DNA of 64,000 nt from contig JAFTUH010000040.1 of the NCBI GenBank assembly GCA_017466375.1, positions 15,069-79,068 of the forward strand, given 5' to 3'. The translations under genes were made by a program, and so were the position numbers. Under the pieces are notes generated by a model. That model made no database searches. It was not told where the DNA came from and was given only the letters and a program-made list of their open reading frames with translations. This DNA is from Clostridia bacterium (lineage in GTDB: Bacteria; Bacillota; Clostridia; Oscillospirales; CAG-272). This document shows, one piece after another, positions 37,104 to 45,225 of this stretch (the first letter of the stretch is position 1; each line of letters starts with the position of its first letter).

Positions 37104-37661
37104 ATGGATGACAATCGTATTATAGACATGTACTTTGCGCGCAGTGAAGACGCGATCGCCGAAACGGACAAAAAATACGGGCGGTACTGCCGCACCATTG
37201 CGTACAATATCCTCTTCTCCCACGAGGATGCGGAGGAATGCGTCAGCGACACGTACATGAAAGCGTGGGATTCGATGCCCCCGCAAAAGCCGCTGTACCT
37301 CGCCGCATTTCTCGGAAAAATCACGCGCAATCTGTCGCTGAACCGCTTCAAGAGGGAGCACGCACAAAAAAGAAGCGGCGGCGTACAGGTAGTATTCGAT
37401 GAACTTGCAGAATGCATCCCCGATCCGTCCGCAGATGACGACATCAGCGATGAAATCGTGCTGAAAGAAGCACTCAACTCCTTTTTGGCTGCTTTATCGC
37501 CGCTGCATCGCGTCATCTTTGTGCGCAGATACTGGTATCTCACCCCGCTGAAGGAAATCGCCGCAGCATACGGCTGCACAGAAGGCAGCGTAAAATCGAT
37601 ACTTTCACGCACACGCACCCGTTTCCGAAAACATCTTGAGAAAGAAGGAATCCGTATATGA
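37104..37661 (+). CDS. ECF-type RNA polymerase sigma-70 family factor
   Basis: Region 2 (EDAEECVSDTYMKAW) and region 4 HTH (LKEIAAAYGCTEGSVKSILSRTRTRFRKHL). Start moved to ATG 37104, preceded by GAAAGGAAAG. Confidence 0.85.
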   Translation: MDDNRIIDMYFARSEDAIAETDKKYGRYCRTIAYNILFSHEDAEECVSDTYMKAWDSMPPQKPLYLAAFLGKITRNLSLNRFKREHAQKRSGGVQVVFDELAECIPDPSADDDISDEIVLKEALNSFLAALSPLHRVIFVRRYWYLTPLKEIAAAYGCTEGSVKSILSRTRTRFRKHLEKEGIRI

Positions 37662-38860
37662 AATGTATGAAACTGCTCGAAGCCTTTGGGCTGATTCACG
37701 AATCCTACGTTACCGAAGCCTCCCCGGAAAATGAAAAGAAAATCTCCCGCGGAAATGCTTCCCGACTCGCGCTCCGCTACGGTGCGCTTGCCGCCGCCCT
37801 TGCCCTCGTAATTCTCGGCGGCATGCAGCTCTACCGCCAAAGCCTGCCGCAGTACGCCACGGAAATGCTCTCCGTTTCGGAAACGGATATCGGCATGGGA
37901 TTCGAGGGATATCAGGTATACGAGATCAGTGAGCTCCGCACGGACAACCCGACAGACGGAAAAGCGATCACATCACTGAACGCATACCGAAACACGATCT
38001 CTTACGACGAGCGGCTGTACCCGTACGGACAGGATCTGGACGCTATGAAAGCATATCTGCTTTCGCTCGCGGATAAACTCGGGCTGGACACCGACACGCT
38101 CGAAATCCTTGACAACGCGCCCGGCGAAGGGCAGATGCAGGGACTTATCATGGAATTTGCCTCCCGCGGTCTGGAAGTACCGGAATACTATAAGCTCCCC
38201 TACATCGTGTATGTACAAACGGAGAATTACAGAATCGAAGTAAACGCCGATATGACGGCGACAATCTTTTTCACAGAGCGGCCCACTCTCCCCGCAGAGT
38301 ATCACTTCACACACACCTCCACACCGGAAGAGCTCGCCGCGGCAGGTGAATATCTGTGGTCGCAGTACGGCGATCTTGTCGGATACGAGAATCCGCAGAT
38401 GCGAATCAAGGGCGGTAACTACAGCATCGAAGGCACGCAGTCGTACAGTCTCGCTTTTTATGAAGGAGAGCGAGATAAAACAGAGAATTTCGAGAACTAT
38501 TCCTTCAACCGCGCCGAATTCGCCCCCGACTCCGACGGAAAGTTGTACCTGATCCACATCTACAGCGACGCAGCACTGGAAAAGATCGGACTGTATCCCC
38601 TCATCAGCGAAGAGGCGGCGAAAGCGCTCCTGCTCGACGGTCAGTATTACACAAGCGTCACGGAAGAATTCCCCGGCGAGGATGCGGTTGTACGGTGCGA
38701 ACTCATGTACCGTGCCGGCAGTAAGGATAAGATTCTTCTGCCGTTCTACCGCTTCTATGTACTGCTCGAGAATGCGCCCGGCATGCATCTGTATCCCGAC
38801 GGTATGCAAACATACGGTGCGTACTATGTGCCCGCCGTCGATCCTGCCTATCTGCAGTAA
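37658..38860 (+). CDS. single-pass membrane protein, putative cognate anti-sigma factor
   Basis: ATGA overlap with the sigma gene stop. Short cytoplasmic N-terminus, one TM (YGALAAALALVILGGMQLY) and a ~330-aa extracytoplasmic domain. No ZAS motif seen. Confidence 0.55.
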   Translation: MKCMKLLEAFGLIHESYVTEASPENEKKISRGNASRLALRYGALAAALALVILGGMQLYRQSLPQYATEMLSVSETDIGMGFEGYQVYEISELRTDNPTDGKAITSLNAYRNTISYDERLYPYGQDLDAMKAYLLSLADKLGLDTDTLEILDNAPGEGQMQGLIMEFASRGLEVPEYYKLPYIVYVQTENYRIEVNADMTATIFFTERPTLPAEYHFTHTSTPEELAAAGEYLWSQYGDLVGYENPQMRIKGGNYSIEGTQSYSLAFYEGERDKTENFENYSFNRAEFAPDSDGKLYLIHIYSDAALEKIGLYPLISEEAAKALLLDGQYYTSVTEEFPGEDAVVRCELMYRAGSKDKILLPFYRFYVLLENAPGMHLYPDGMQTYGAYYVPAVDPAYLQ

Positions 38861-38867
38861 AAGAAAC

Positions 38868-38899
38868 GAGGTGCCAAAAGGCACCTCTTCTTTCTTTTC
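38868..38899 (+). terminator. rho-independent terminator
   Basis: GAGGTGCC/GGCACCTC stem (38868-38875/38880-38887) with loop AAAA, then TTCTTTCTTTTC. Confidence 0.7.
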
Positions 38900-38977
38900 A
38901 AAATCCCACACTCCCTCTTGTAAAACGGGCAAAGATGTGTTATACTGTTATTTGTATGAATTTTTGGAAACGGACGG

Positions 38978-40576
38978 ATGAATATGACACTTGAACAAGA
39001 AATCAACCGCCGGCGGACGTTTGCGATCATCTCGCATCCCGACGCCGGTAAAACGACGCTGACGGAGAAATTCCTCCTGTACGGCGGCGCGATCCAATCC
39101 GCAGGCTCCGTCAAGGGAAAGGCGTCCGACAAGCACGCCGTCTCCGACTGGATGGAGATCGAGAAAAAGAGAGGTATCTCCATCACCTCCTCCGTTATGC
39201 AGTTTGAATACGACGGATTCTGCATCAATATTCTGGATACCCCCGGACACCAGGACTTCTCCGAGGACACGTACCGCACACTGATGGCGGCGGACAGTGC
39301 CGTCATGGTCATTGATGCCGCAAAGGGTATCGAGCCGCAGACGAGAAAGCTGTTCAAAGTCTGCGCCATGCGCGATATTCCCATCTTCACGTTCATCAAC
39401 AAGATGGACCGCGAGGCGCGTGATCCGTTTGATCTGCTGGATGAGTTGGAAACGGAGTTCGGCATCGCCACGTATCCGATCACGTGGCCGATCGGATGCG
39501 GTCTCCGCTTCAAGGGCGTGTACCACCGCGAACACAAATCCATCTACTCCTACGCCGATGCACACCGCGGACGCGAGCGTCTTTCCTCCATCGACTGCAC
39601 AATTGAGGACACGGACAAACTGGACGAGCTGATCGGCGAGGAGGCACGCGCGGAGCTGGTCGATCAGGTCGAGCTGCTCGACGGCGCGGGTGTGGATTTC
39701 GATCTCGAGAAGGTGCGCCACGGCAAGCTCAGCCCGGTCTTCTTCGGCTCGGCGCTGAACAACTTCGGTATCGAAACGTTTCTCGAATGCTTCCTCCGTA
39801 TGACGACAGCCCCCCTGCCCCGCAAAACGGAGGGAGACACAGTCGAACCGTTCGATCCGCGTTTTTCGGCATTTGTCTTCAAAATCCAGGCGAACATGAA
39901 CAAAGCCCACCGCGACCGCATCGCGTTCATGCGCATCTGCTCGGGCAGATTCGAGCGCGGCGAAGATTACTATCACGTGCAGGGCGATAAAAAGCTGAAG
40001 CTGTCCCAGCCGCAGCAGATGATGGCGCAGGAGCGCTCCGTTATCGATGAGGCGTATGCGGGCGACATCATCGGCGTATTCGATCCGGGCATTTTCTCGA
40101 TCGGTGATACGGTCTGCGATCCGTCGATGAAGGTGACATTCGAGGGCATTCCGAACTTCGCGCCGGAGATTTTCGTGGAGGTCGAGCAGATCGACAGCAT
40201 GAAGCGCAAGCAGTTTGCAAAGGGCATGAATCAGATTGCGCAGGAAGGTGCGATCCGTATCTTCTGCGAGCCGAACTCCGGTATGGAGCGTGTCTACGTG
40301 GGCGTAGTCGGCACGCTGCAGCTCGACGTGCTCGAATCGAGAATGAAGAGCGAATACGGTGTCGATTACCGCCAGTATCCGCAGCCGTACACGATCATCA
40401 AGCGCGTACCTGACGGCGTGGATGTATCGAAGCTGAATCTGTACGAGGTCAAGTGGGTGCAGGATTTCCGCGGCGGCAACTATCTCCTCTTCCAGACGCA
40501 GTGGCATGTGAATCACACGCTGGATAAAAACGAGGGACTGAATCTCCTCGAATACGGCGACACGAAAGACGAATAA
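38978..40576 (+). CDS. prfC: peptide chain release factor 3
   Basis: RRTFAIISHPDAGKTTLTEK, DTPGHQDF, NKMD GTPase motifs and RF3-like length. An alternative start is ATG 38984. Confidence 0.95.
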   Translation: MNMTLEQEINRRRTFAIISHPDAGKTTLTEKFLLYGGAIQSAGSVKGKASDKHAVSDWMEIEKKRGISITSSVMQFEYDGFCINILDTPGHQDFSEDTYRTLMAADSAVMVIDAAKGIEPQTRKLFKVCAMRDIPIFTFINKMDREARDPFDLLDELETEFGIATYPITWPIGCGLRFKGVYHREHKSIYSYADAHRGRERLSSIDCTIEDTDKLDELIGEEARAELVDQVELLDGAGVDFDLEKVRHGKLSPVFFGSALNNFGIETFLECFLRMTTAPLPRKTEGDTVEPFDPRFSAFVFKIQANMNKAHRDRIAFMRICSGRFERGEDYYHVQGDKKLKLSQPQQMMAQERSVIDEAYAGDIIGVFDPGIFSIGDTVCDPSMKVTFEGIPNFAPEIFVEVEQIDSMKRKQFAKGMNQIAQEGAIRIFCEPNSGMERVYVGVVGTLQLDVLESRMKSEYGVDYRQYPQPYTIIKRVPDGVDVSKLNLYEVKWVQDFRGGNYLLFQTQWHVNHTLDKNEGLNLLEYGDTKDE

Positions 40577-40580
40577 AACA

Positions 40581-40613
40581 AAAAAGGCACCCCTTACCGG
40601 GATGCCTTTTTTT
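40581..40613. terminator. bidirectional terminator (prfC / zinc-ribbon gene convergent pair)
   Basis: AAAAAGGCACCCC ... GGGATGCCTTTTTTT: a stem with one mismatch, with an A-run and a T-run on the two sides. Confidence 0.6.
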
Positions 40614-40620
40614 CATGGAT

Positions 40621-41346
40621 TCAGTTGAGCTTGCAGCCGCACTTGCCGCAGAAGCTTGCTTTGTCATCAATACGTGCGCCGCACTGCGGGCAAACCGCCG
40701 CATTGTTGATCTCCTCATAGAACGCAGCCTGTACAAGGCCGAGGAAGAGATTTGCAAAGAGCGCATAGAGAACGCTGACCACGAAGAGGACAATGGCGAA
40801 CAGAACGCCGACATACGGAATCAGTCCGAGCAGCGTAAGCACGAGAGCAACAACACCGAACGCCAGTCCGAACAGGAAATCTGCCAGGAACATGGACGCC
40901 TTATAGCCCATCGTACGCGCCTTGGAGACCTTGATCGCCTCAGTGGGAGCGATATTGGGCTCCTGCACCAGAATGTACGGGGTGAGGCGGTACTCATATG
41001 TACGAATGATAGCAAAGATCGGACCGACGATCGGAATCAGACTCCAGATGAAGATCCAAAGCATCATCCAGCCCATGCCGCAAAGCACACGCTTGATCGT
41101 GCCCCAATCCTTAAAGCAGGAGAAGATATCCACAGCCTTTACTTCCTGACCTCTGTAGCCGTACAGAAAGATCATCGTCATTGACGTCGTGAAGAGCATG
41201 CCGATTGCGAGGGAAACACCGATCACCGCACCGAACAGCACGGAGAAAACGAAACTCAGAATTCCCGAAAGCAGGGAGATTCCCCAAAGCCGGATCGGCT
41301 TCTTCATGAGCACCTTGAACGCGTTGCCGTAAATTTTCAAAACCAT
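40621..41346 (-). CDS. polytopic membrane protein (DUF975-like) with a C-terminal zinc ribbon
   Basis: Several TM helices. C-terminal CPQCGARIDDKASFCGKCGCKL. Start provisionally ATG 41346 (GGAG 10 nt upstream); the track start 41394 would be almost leaderless. Confidence 0.7.
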   Translation of the reverse strand: MVLKIYGNAFKVLMKKPIRLWGISLLSGILSFVFSVLFGAVIGVSLAIGMLFTTSMTMIFLYGYRGQEVKAVDIFSCFKDWGTIKRVLCGMGWMMLWIFIWSLIPIVGPIFAIIRTYEYRLTPYILVQEPNIAPTEAIKVSKARTMGYKASMFLADFLFGLAFGVVALVLTLLGLIPYVGVLFAIVLFVVSVLYALFANLFLGLVQAAFYEEINNAAVCPQCGARIDDKASFCGKCGCKLN

Positions 41347-41405
41347 AAACAATACTCCGTTCCGTGGTGATACCACAGTATTTGAGATTTGCATCTCTGT
41401 ACATT

Positions 41406-41434
41406 ATTGTAACAGCGCCGAAGCAATTTGTCAA
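41406..41434 (-). promoter_or_regulatory. near-consensus promoter for the zinc-ribbon membrane gene
   Basis: Minus strand reads TTGACA (41434-41429), a 17-nt spacer, then TACAAT (41411-41406). The -35 lies inside the inverted repeat TTTGTCA/TGACAAA (41427-41433/41441-41447). Confidence 0.5.
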
Positions 41435-41464
41435 TCGTTTTGACAAAATTCCTTCACAAATTGT

Positions 41465-42037
41465 TTACGGCAGTTCAAACTCTCTGTCGATGCATTCGTA
41501 GATCATCCGATAGGTTGCCTCGGCGTTTTCCAGCGAGCCGTTTTTCATCAGAATCACCGCACCGAACAGCAGCGATCGGATAATATACACCTTCCGCTGC
41601 ATGACCTCGGAGGGCATATTGACGGAAGCACAGTAGTGCTGCACGACGTCGTTGGAAAGCACGGAGATTTTTCCTTTTTCCCGGATCTGCGACTCATCCA
41701 GCGAGCTGTCATTCAGAAGAATGATCGCCTGGAACCCGGGATTCTCGCACAGAAATCGGATATACGCCAGGCACAGATCCAAAATCATCGCGCGGTAGTC
41801 CCCCGGATGCAAAAGCAGAACCTCCTTCTGCACCTCTGCCCAACGGCGGTTTATGTAGCGAAGCACTTCAAGAATCAGTTCATTTTTATTTTTGAAGTGC
41901 TTATACGGCGCGGCACATGAGACGCCGCACTCTGCTGCGACACGGCGGATCGAAAAATCAGCTACACCGTGATCCGCAATCTCACGGATCGTCGCTTTGA
42001 TGATCCGCTCACGGGACGTTTCACTCGGCTGCCGCAT
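41465..42037 (-). CDS. TetR/AcrR family transcriptional regulator
   Basis: N-terminal HTH: RERIIKATIREIADHGVADFSIRRVAAECGVSCAAPYKHFKNK. Overlaps the upstream ligase gene by 17 nt. Confidence 0.9.
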   Translation of the reverse strand: MRQPSETSRERIIKATIREIADHGVADFSIRRVAAECGVSCAAPYKHFKNKNELILEVLRYINRRWAEVQKEVLLLHPGDYRAMILDLCLAYIRFLCENPGFQAIILLNDSSLDESQIREKGKISVLSNDVVQHYCASVNMPSEVMQRKVYIIRSLLFGAVILMKNGSLENAEATYRMIYECIDREFELP

Positions 42038-43745
42038 TGCCGTTATCCCCCTCCGTCATATTTTCCTCGGCGGCACGCTTGATCTTGCGCGTCGTCGTCT
42101 TGACAAACTCCGTTTTGCGCACGTTGACTTTCATGATACGGCGGAACGACGGCAGCATCTCATTGACCTCGCGCACGATGCCGAGCATGATCTCGCGCAC
42201 CTTTTCGCGGTATTCGGGGCTGTCGGGCGTAATGCCGTCCTTCGCAAGACGTTCGTCCACCGCTTCGTAATCCGGGAATACGGCGGCAGTCACGACAACG
42301 TCGCGCTCGCCCTCCTCACCGAAGACCATCGACTCCTTCACAAGCGGATGCTTGTCGAGGTAATACTCCAGCTCCTCGGGGAAGATCTTCTTGCCGTTCT
42401 GCGTGACGATCATGGATTTGCGCCGTCCCGTGATCTGGTACGCACCGTTCTCCTTCTGTCTGGCAAGATCGCCCGTGCGGAACCAGCCGTCCGTGAGTAC
42501 GCGCGCCGTCTCTTCGGGATTTTTATAGTAGCCGAGCATGACGTTCGGTCCGCGCACGGCAAGCTCGCCGACACCGTTTTCATCGGGATCGAGCAGCTTG
42601 ACATCCACCCCGCTGACGGGATAGCCTATATCGTCTGCACAGCGGTAGAAATCACTGTGCATGATACAGACGGGGGAAGTCTCCGTCAGACCGTATCCGA
42701 TCAGCACCTGAAATCCGAAGCGTTCGAGATCCTCATACACCTCGGGTGAAAGCGGCGCAGCACCGGAGAGAATCCGCGTAAGTCTGCCGCCGAACGCATC
42801 GCGCACGGTAGAGAAAATACGGCGGGAGAGCGCGGAATTTGACCGTCCGACCGCATCGGAAGCACGCCGTTGGAGAGCAAGCACAGCCGAACCGCCCTTG
42901 ATATTCTTATACTTTCTCAAAATCGAATTGCGCAGTGTCTCGAGAATCAGCGGCACCGCGATAAAGACCGTCGGGGAAAACAGCTTGAAATCCTCCGTCA
43001 GACGGCGAAGCGAATCATTATACGCAATACTGCCGCCCGCATACAGAATCGCGAGCAGTCCGGCAGTGCATTCATACGTATGATGGAGAGGCAGAACGGA
43101 GAGAACGCGATCCTCCGTACCGACGCTGACCTTGCGCACGACGCGTACGATATCGCTGCACACATTGTACTGCGAGAGCATGACTCCCTTGGCAAGTCCG
43201 GTCGTACCGGAGGTATAAAGCAGGATACCGAGCGCCTTCGGATCGACTGTATGATCGGCAAACGACGTGTCTCCAGTCACGAGAAGATTCTCCCCCGTGC
43301 GGATCATATCGGACATATTCTCGGCGGGCAGGCGGATCCAGTCGCCGGTGAGCGCATTGATTTTGTCCTCCATACCGCCCATATAGACGATGGCGGACAG
43401 CTCGGAGTCATCAATCACGTACTGCAGCTCCTCCGGCTTGAGTTCCTTATCGAGCGGCACAATGATACCCGTCCCCGCGCACACGGAAAGGTACGTCAGC
43501 GCCCACTCGTAGCAGTTTTTGCCAAGCACGCCGATCTTTTTTCCCTCAAGCTCCCGACTGTTCAGATACGTGGAAAACGCCTTCACGTTCTCCCCAAGTT
43601 CTGCGTACGTAACCTCGCGCACGCCTTTTCCTTCTCTATAGATAAAAGCACATTCGTCATGAAACAGCTCTGCACCCGTAAGCACGATTTCCCGTACGGT
43701 AAAGACATCCCGCACGTCGTAAACAAGTCTTCCGTTTTGATTCAA
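42021..43745 (-). CDS. AMP-dependent synthetase/ligase (long-chain fatty acid--CoA ligase-like)
   Basis: AMP-binding motif LYTSGTTGLAKGVMLS and GYGLTETS. TTG start at 43745 preceded by GGAGGA with a 7-nt spacer. Confidence 0.88.
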   Translation of the reverse strand: MNQNGRLVYDVRDVFTVREIVLTGAELFHDECAFIYREGKGVREVTYAELGENVKAFSTYLNSRELEGKKIGVLGKNCYEWALTYLSVCAGTGIIVPLDKELKPEELQYVIDDSELSAIVYMGGMEDKINALTGDWIRLPAENMSDMIRTGENLLVTGDTSFADHTVDPKALGILLYTSGTTGLAKGVMLSQYNVCSDIVRVVRKVSVGTEDRVLSVLPLHHTYECTAGLLAILYAGGSIAYNDSLRRLTEDFKLFSPTVFIAVPLILETLRNSILRKYKNIKGGSAVLALQRRASDAVGRSNSALSRRIFSTVRDAFGGRLTRILSGAAPLSPEVYEDLERFGFQVLIGYGLTETSPVCIMHSDFYRCADDIGYPVSGVDVKLLDPDENGVGELAVRGPNVMLGYYKNPEETARVLTDGWFRTGDLARQKENGAYQITGRRKSMIVTQNGKKIFPEELEYYLDKHPLVKESMVFGEEGERDVVVTAAVFPDYEAVDERLAKDGITPDSPEYREKVREIMLGIVREVNEMLPSFRRIMKVNVRKTEFVKTTTRKIKRAAEENMTEGDNGNAAAE

Positions 43746-43777
43746 TGCATGATCCTCCGTTATGCTTTTCAGATAAA

Positions 43778-43792
43778 GTTATCACTGATAAC
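43778..43792. promoter_or_regulatory. perfect 7-1-7 palindrome, candidate TetR operator
   Basis: GTTATCA-C-TGATAAC, located 8-22 nt downstream of the -10 of the ligase-tetR promoter. Confidence 0.5.
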
Positions 43793-43800
43793 CTACCGGG

Positions 43801-43829
43801 ATTATACCATAAATATGCGCCGCTGTCAA
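43801..43829 (-). promoter_or_regulatory. consensus sigma-A type promoter of the ligase-tetR operon
   Basis: Minus strand reads TTGACA (43829-43824), a 17-nt spacer, then TATAAT (43806-43801). Confidence 0.6.
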
Positions 43830-43865
43830 TGCTCATGCAGAATTTTATATTTTTTCAAAAAAATC

Positions 43866-43894
43866 TTGACAGCGGGCATCGGGCGTGCTATAAT
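43866..43894 (+). promoter_or_regulatory. consensus sigma-A type promoter of the aro leader/operon
   Basis: TTGACA (43866-43871), a 17-nt spacer, then TATAAT (43889-43894). Confidence 0.6.
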
Positions 43895-43948
43895 AAGCCG
43901 TAGAGAACAAATTTGCATGTTTATGCAGACAAGGAGATACGAAGTACG

Positions 43949-44011
43949 ATGGCTTCCACGTTCGCATTTGCATACTATTACTTTTACTTTTTTACGTTTC
44001 AGAACGCGTAA
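43949..44011 (+). CDS. candidate Phe/Tyr-rich leader peptide (20 aa: MASTFAFAYYYFYFFTFQNA)
   Basis: ATG 43949 with AAGGAG at 43931-43936. Ten of 20 codons are Phe/Tyr, seven of them consecutive. TAA at 44009-44011. Lies between a consensus promoter and a terminator, upstream of the Phe/Tyr biosynthesis operon. Confidence 0.5.
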   Translation: MASTFAFAYYYFYFFTFQNA

Positions 44012-44078
44012 CGGGTAAGAGTGATTTTTGCTGCGAAAATAAAGCCGCATCATTTCGTATATATTTACGATTGACAGG

Positions 44079-44113
44079 CCTCACAGTGAAAACACTGTGG
44101 GGCTTCTTTTATT
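44079..44113 (+). terminator. intrinsic terminator in the aro leader (candidate attenuator)
   Basis: 10-bp stem CCTCACAGTG/CACTGTGGGG (44079-44088/44093-44102) with loop AAAA, followed by CTTCTTTTATT. It sits 84 nt upstream of the aroF ATG. Confidence 0.6.
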
Positions 44114-44196
44114 CTTTATCCGTCTGCACTGACGCATGCATGAAAATTTTTGCAAACAAATCCGATTATATGTAAGAAACAAAAGGAGATACCCCC

Positions 44197-45201
44197 ATGA
44201 TTGCAGTACTGAAAAGCACAGCTACCGAACAGCAGATTGAAAACATTATCGAATGGATCCGTTCCGTCGGACTGGACGTTCATATTTCCCGCGGTCACTA
44301 CCAGACTGTCCTCGGTCTGATCGGCGATACCCGCAAGATCGATGAAGATCTGCTCAGCGGTCTGGATATCGTTGAGACGGTCACGCGCATCAGCGAGCCG
44401 TTCAAGCAGGCAAGCCGCAAATTCCATCCCGAGGATTCCGTCATCGAGGTCGCTGATACCTCCGTCGGCGGCGACGTGTTCGCATTCATGGCAGGTCCCT
44501 GCTCCGTCGAGAGTGAGGAACAGATCATCTCCATCGCCCGCGACGTAAAAGCGCTCGGCGCCACGATGCTCCGCGGCGGTGCATTCAAGCCGCGTACCTC
44601 TCCGTACGATTTCCAGGGACTGAAAGCAGAAGGACTTGAGCTGCTCCTGCTCGCCAAGAAGGAAACCGGACTGCCGATCGTTTCCGAAATCATGAACGCG
44701 AACCACCTGCCCATGTTCGAGGACGTGGACGTCATTCAGGTTGGTGCGAGAAATATGCAGAACTTCGAGCTTCTGAAGGAGCTCGGACGGACGAAGAAAA
44801 CGATTCTTCTGAAACGCGGTCTTGCCAACACGATCAAGGAGCTTCTGATGAGTGCCGAGTACATCATGGCAGGCGGCAACGAGAACATCATCCTCTGCGA
44901 GCGCGGCATCCGCACGTTTGAGACGTACACGCGCAATACGCTGGATATCTCCGCCGTATCGGTCATCCGCGAGCTGTCCCATCTGCCCGTGATCGTGGAT
45001 CCGAGCCACGCGACAGGCGTTGCCAAATACGTCAAATCCATGGCACTCGCCGCCGCAGCAGCCGGTGCACACGGCGTCATGATCGAGGTACACAACGATC
45101 CCGCACGCGCGCTGTGCGACGGACCGCAGGCACTCACGCCCGCCCAGTTCGGGGATGTCGCCAAAGGCGTACACGCCGTCCTCGACGCGATCCGCGAGTA
45201 A
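44197..45201 (+). CDS. aroF: 3-deoxy-7-phosphoheptulonate (DAHP) synthase, type I-beta, with an N-terminal ferredoxin-like regulatory domain
   Basis: ~75-aa N-terminal domain (MIAVLKSTATEQQIENIIEWIRSVGLDVHISRG), then the catalytic barrel FMAGPCSVESEEQ...GAFKPRTSPYDFQG...DPSH. RBS AGGAG. Confidence 0.93.
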   Translation: MIAVLKSTATEQQIENIIEWIRSVGLDVHISRGHYQTVLGLIGDTRKIDEDLLSGLDIVETVTRISEPFKQASRKFHPEDSVIEVADTSVGGDVFAFMAGPCSVESEEQIISIARDVKALGATMLRGGAFKPRTSPYDFQGLKAEGLELLLLAKKETGLPIVSEIMNANHLPMFEDVDVIQVGARNMQNFELLKELGRTKKTILLKRGLANTIKELLMSAEYIMAGGNENIILCERGIRTFETYTRNTLDISAVSVIRELSHLPVIVDPSHATGVAKYVKSMALAAAAAGAHGVMIEVHNDPARALCDGPQALTPAQFGDVAKGVHAVLDAIRE

Positions 45202-45225
45202 AGAAACCATACCCCGGAGGCAGTT

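Noticed and set aside
38948-40516. 522-aa minus-strand ORF
   Set aside because: It is antisense to prfC, which has clear GTPase motifs, and shows no features of its own.
44071-44076. Second TTGACA hexamer inside the aro leader as an internal promoter
   Set aside because: There is no -10-like hexamer 16-18 nt downstream (that position is the terminator stem, ACTGTG). It is probably a chance match.
43895-44196. T-box or other riboswitch in the aro leader
   Set aside because: I found no T-box sequence (AATTAGGGTGGTACCGCG-like) or specifier-loop architecture, no TRAP-type (G/U)AG triplet array, and no recognisable riboswitch core. The short aromatic-rich ORF plus terminator explains the region better.
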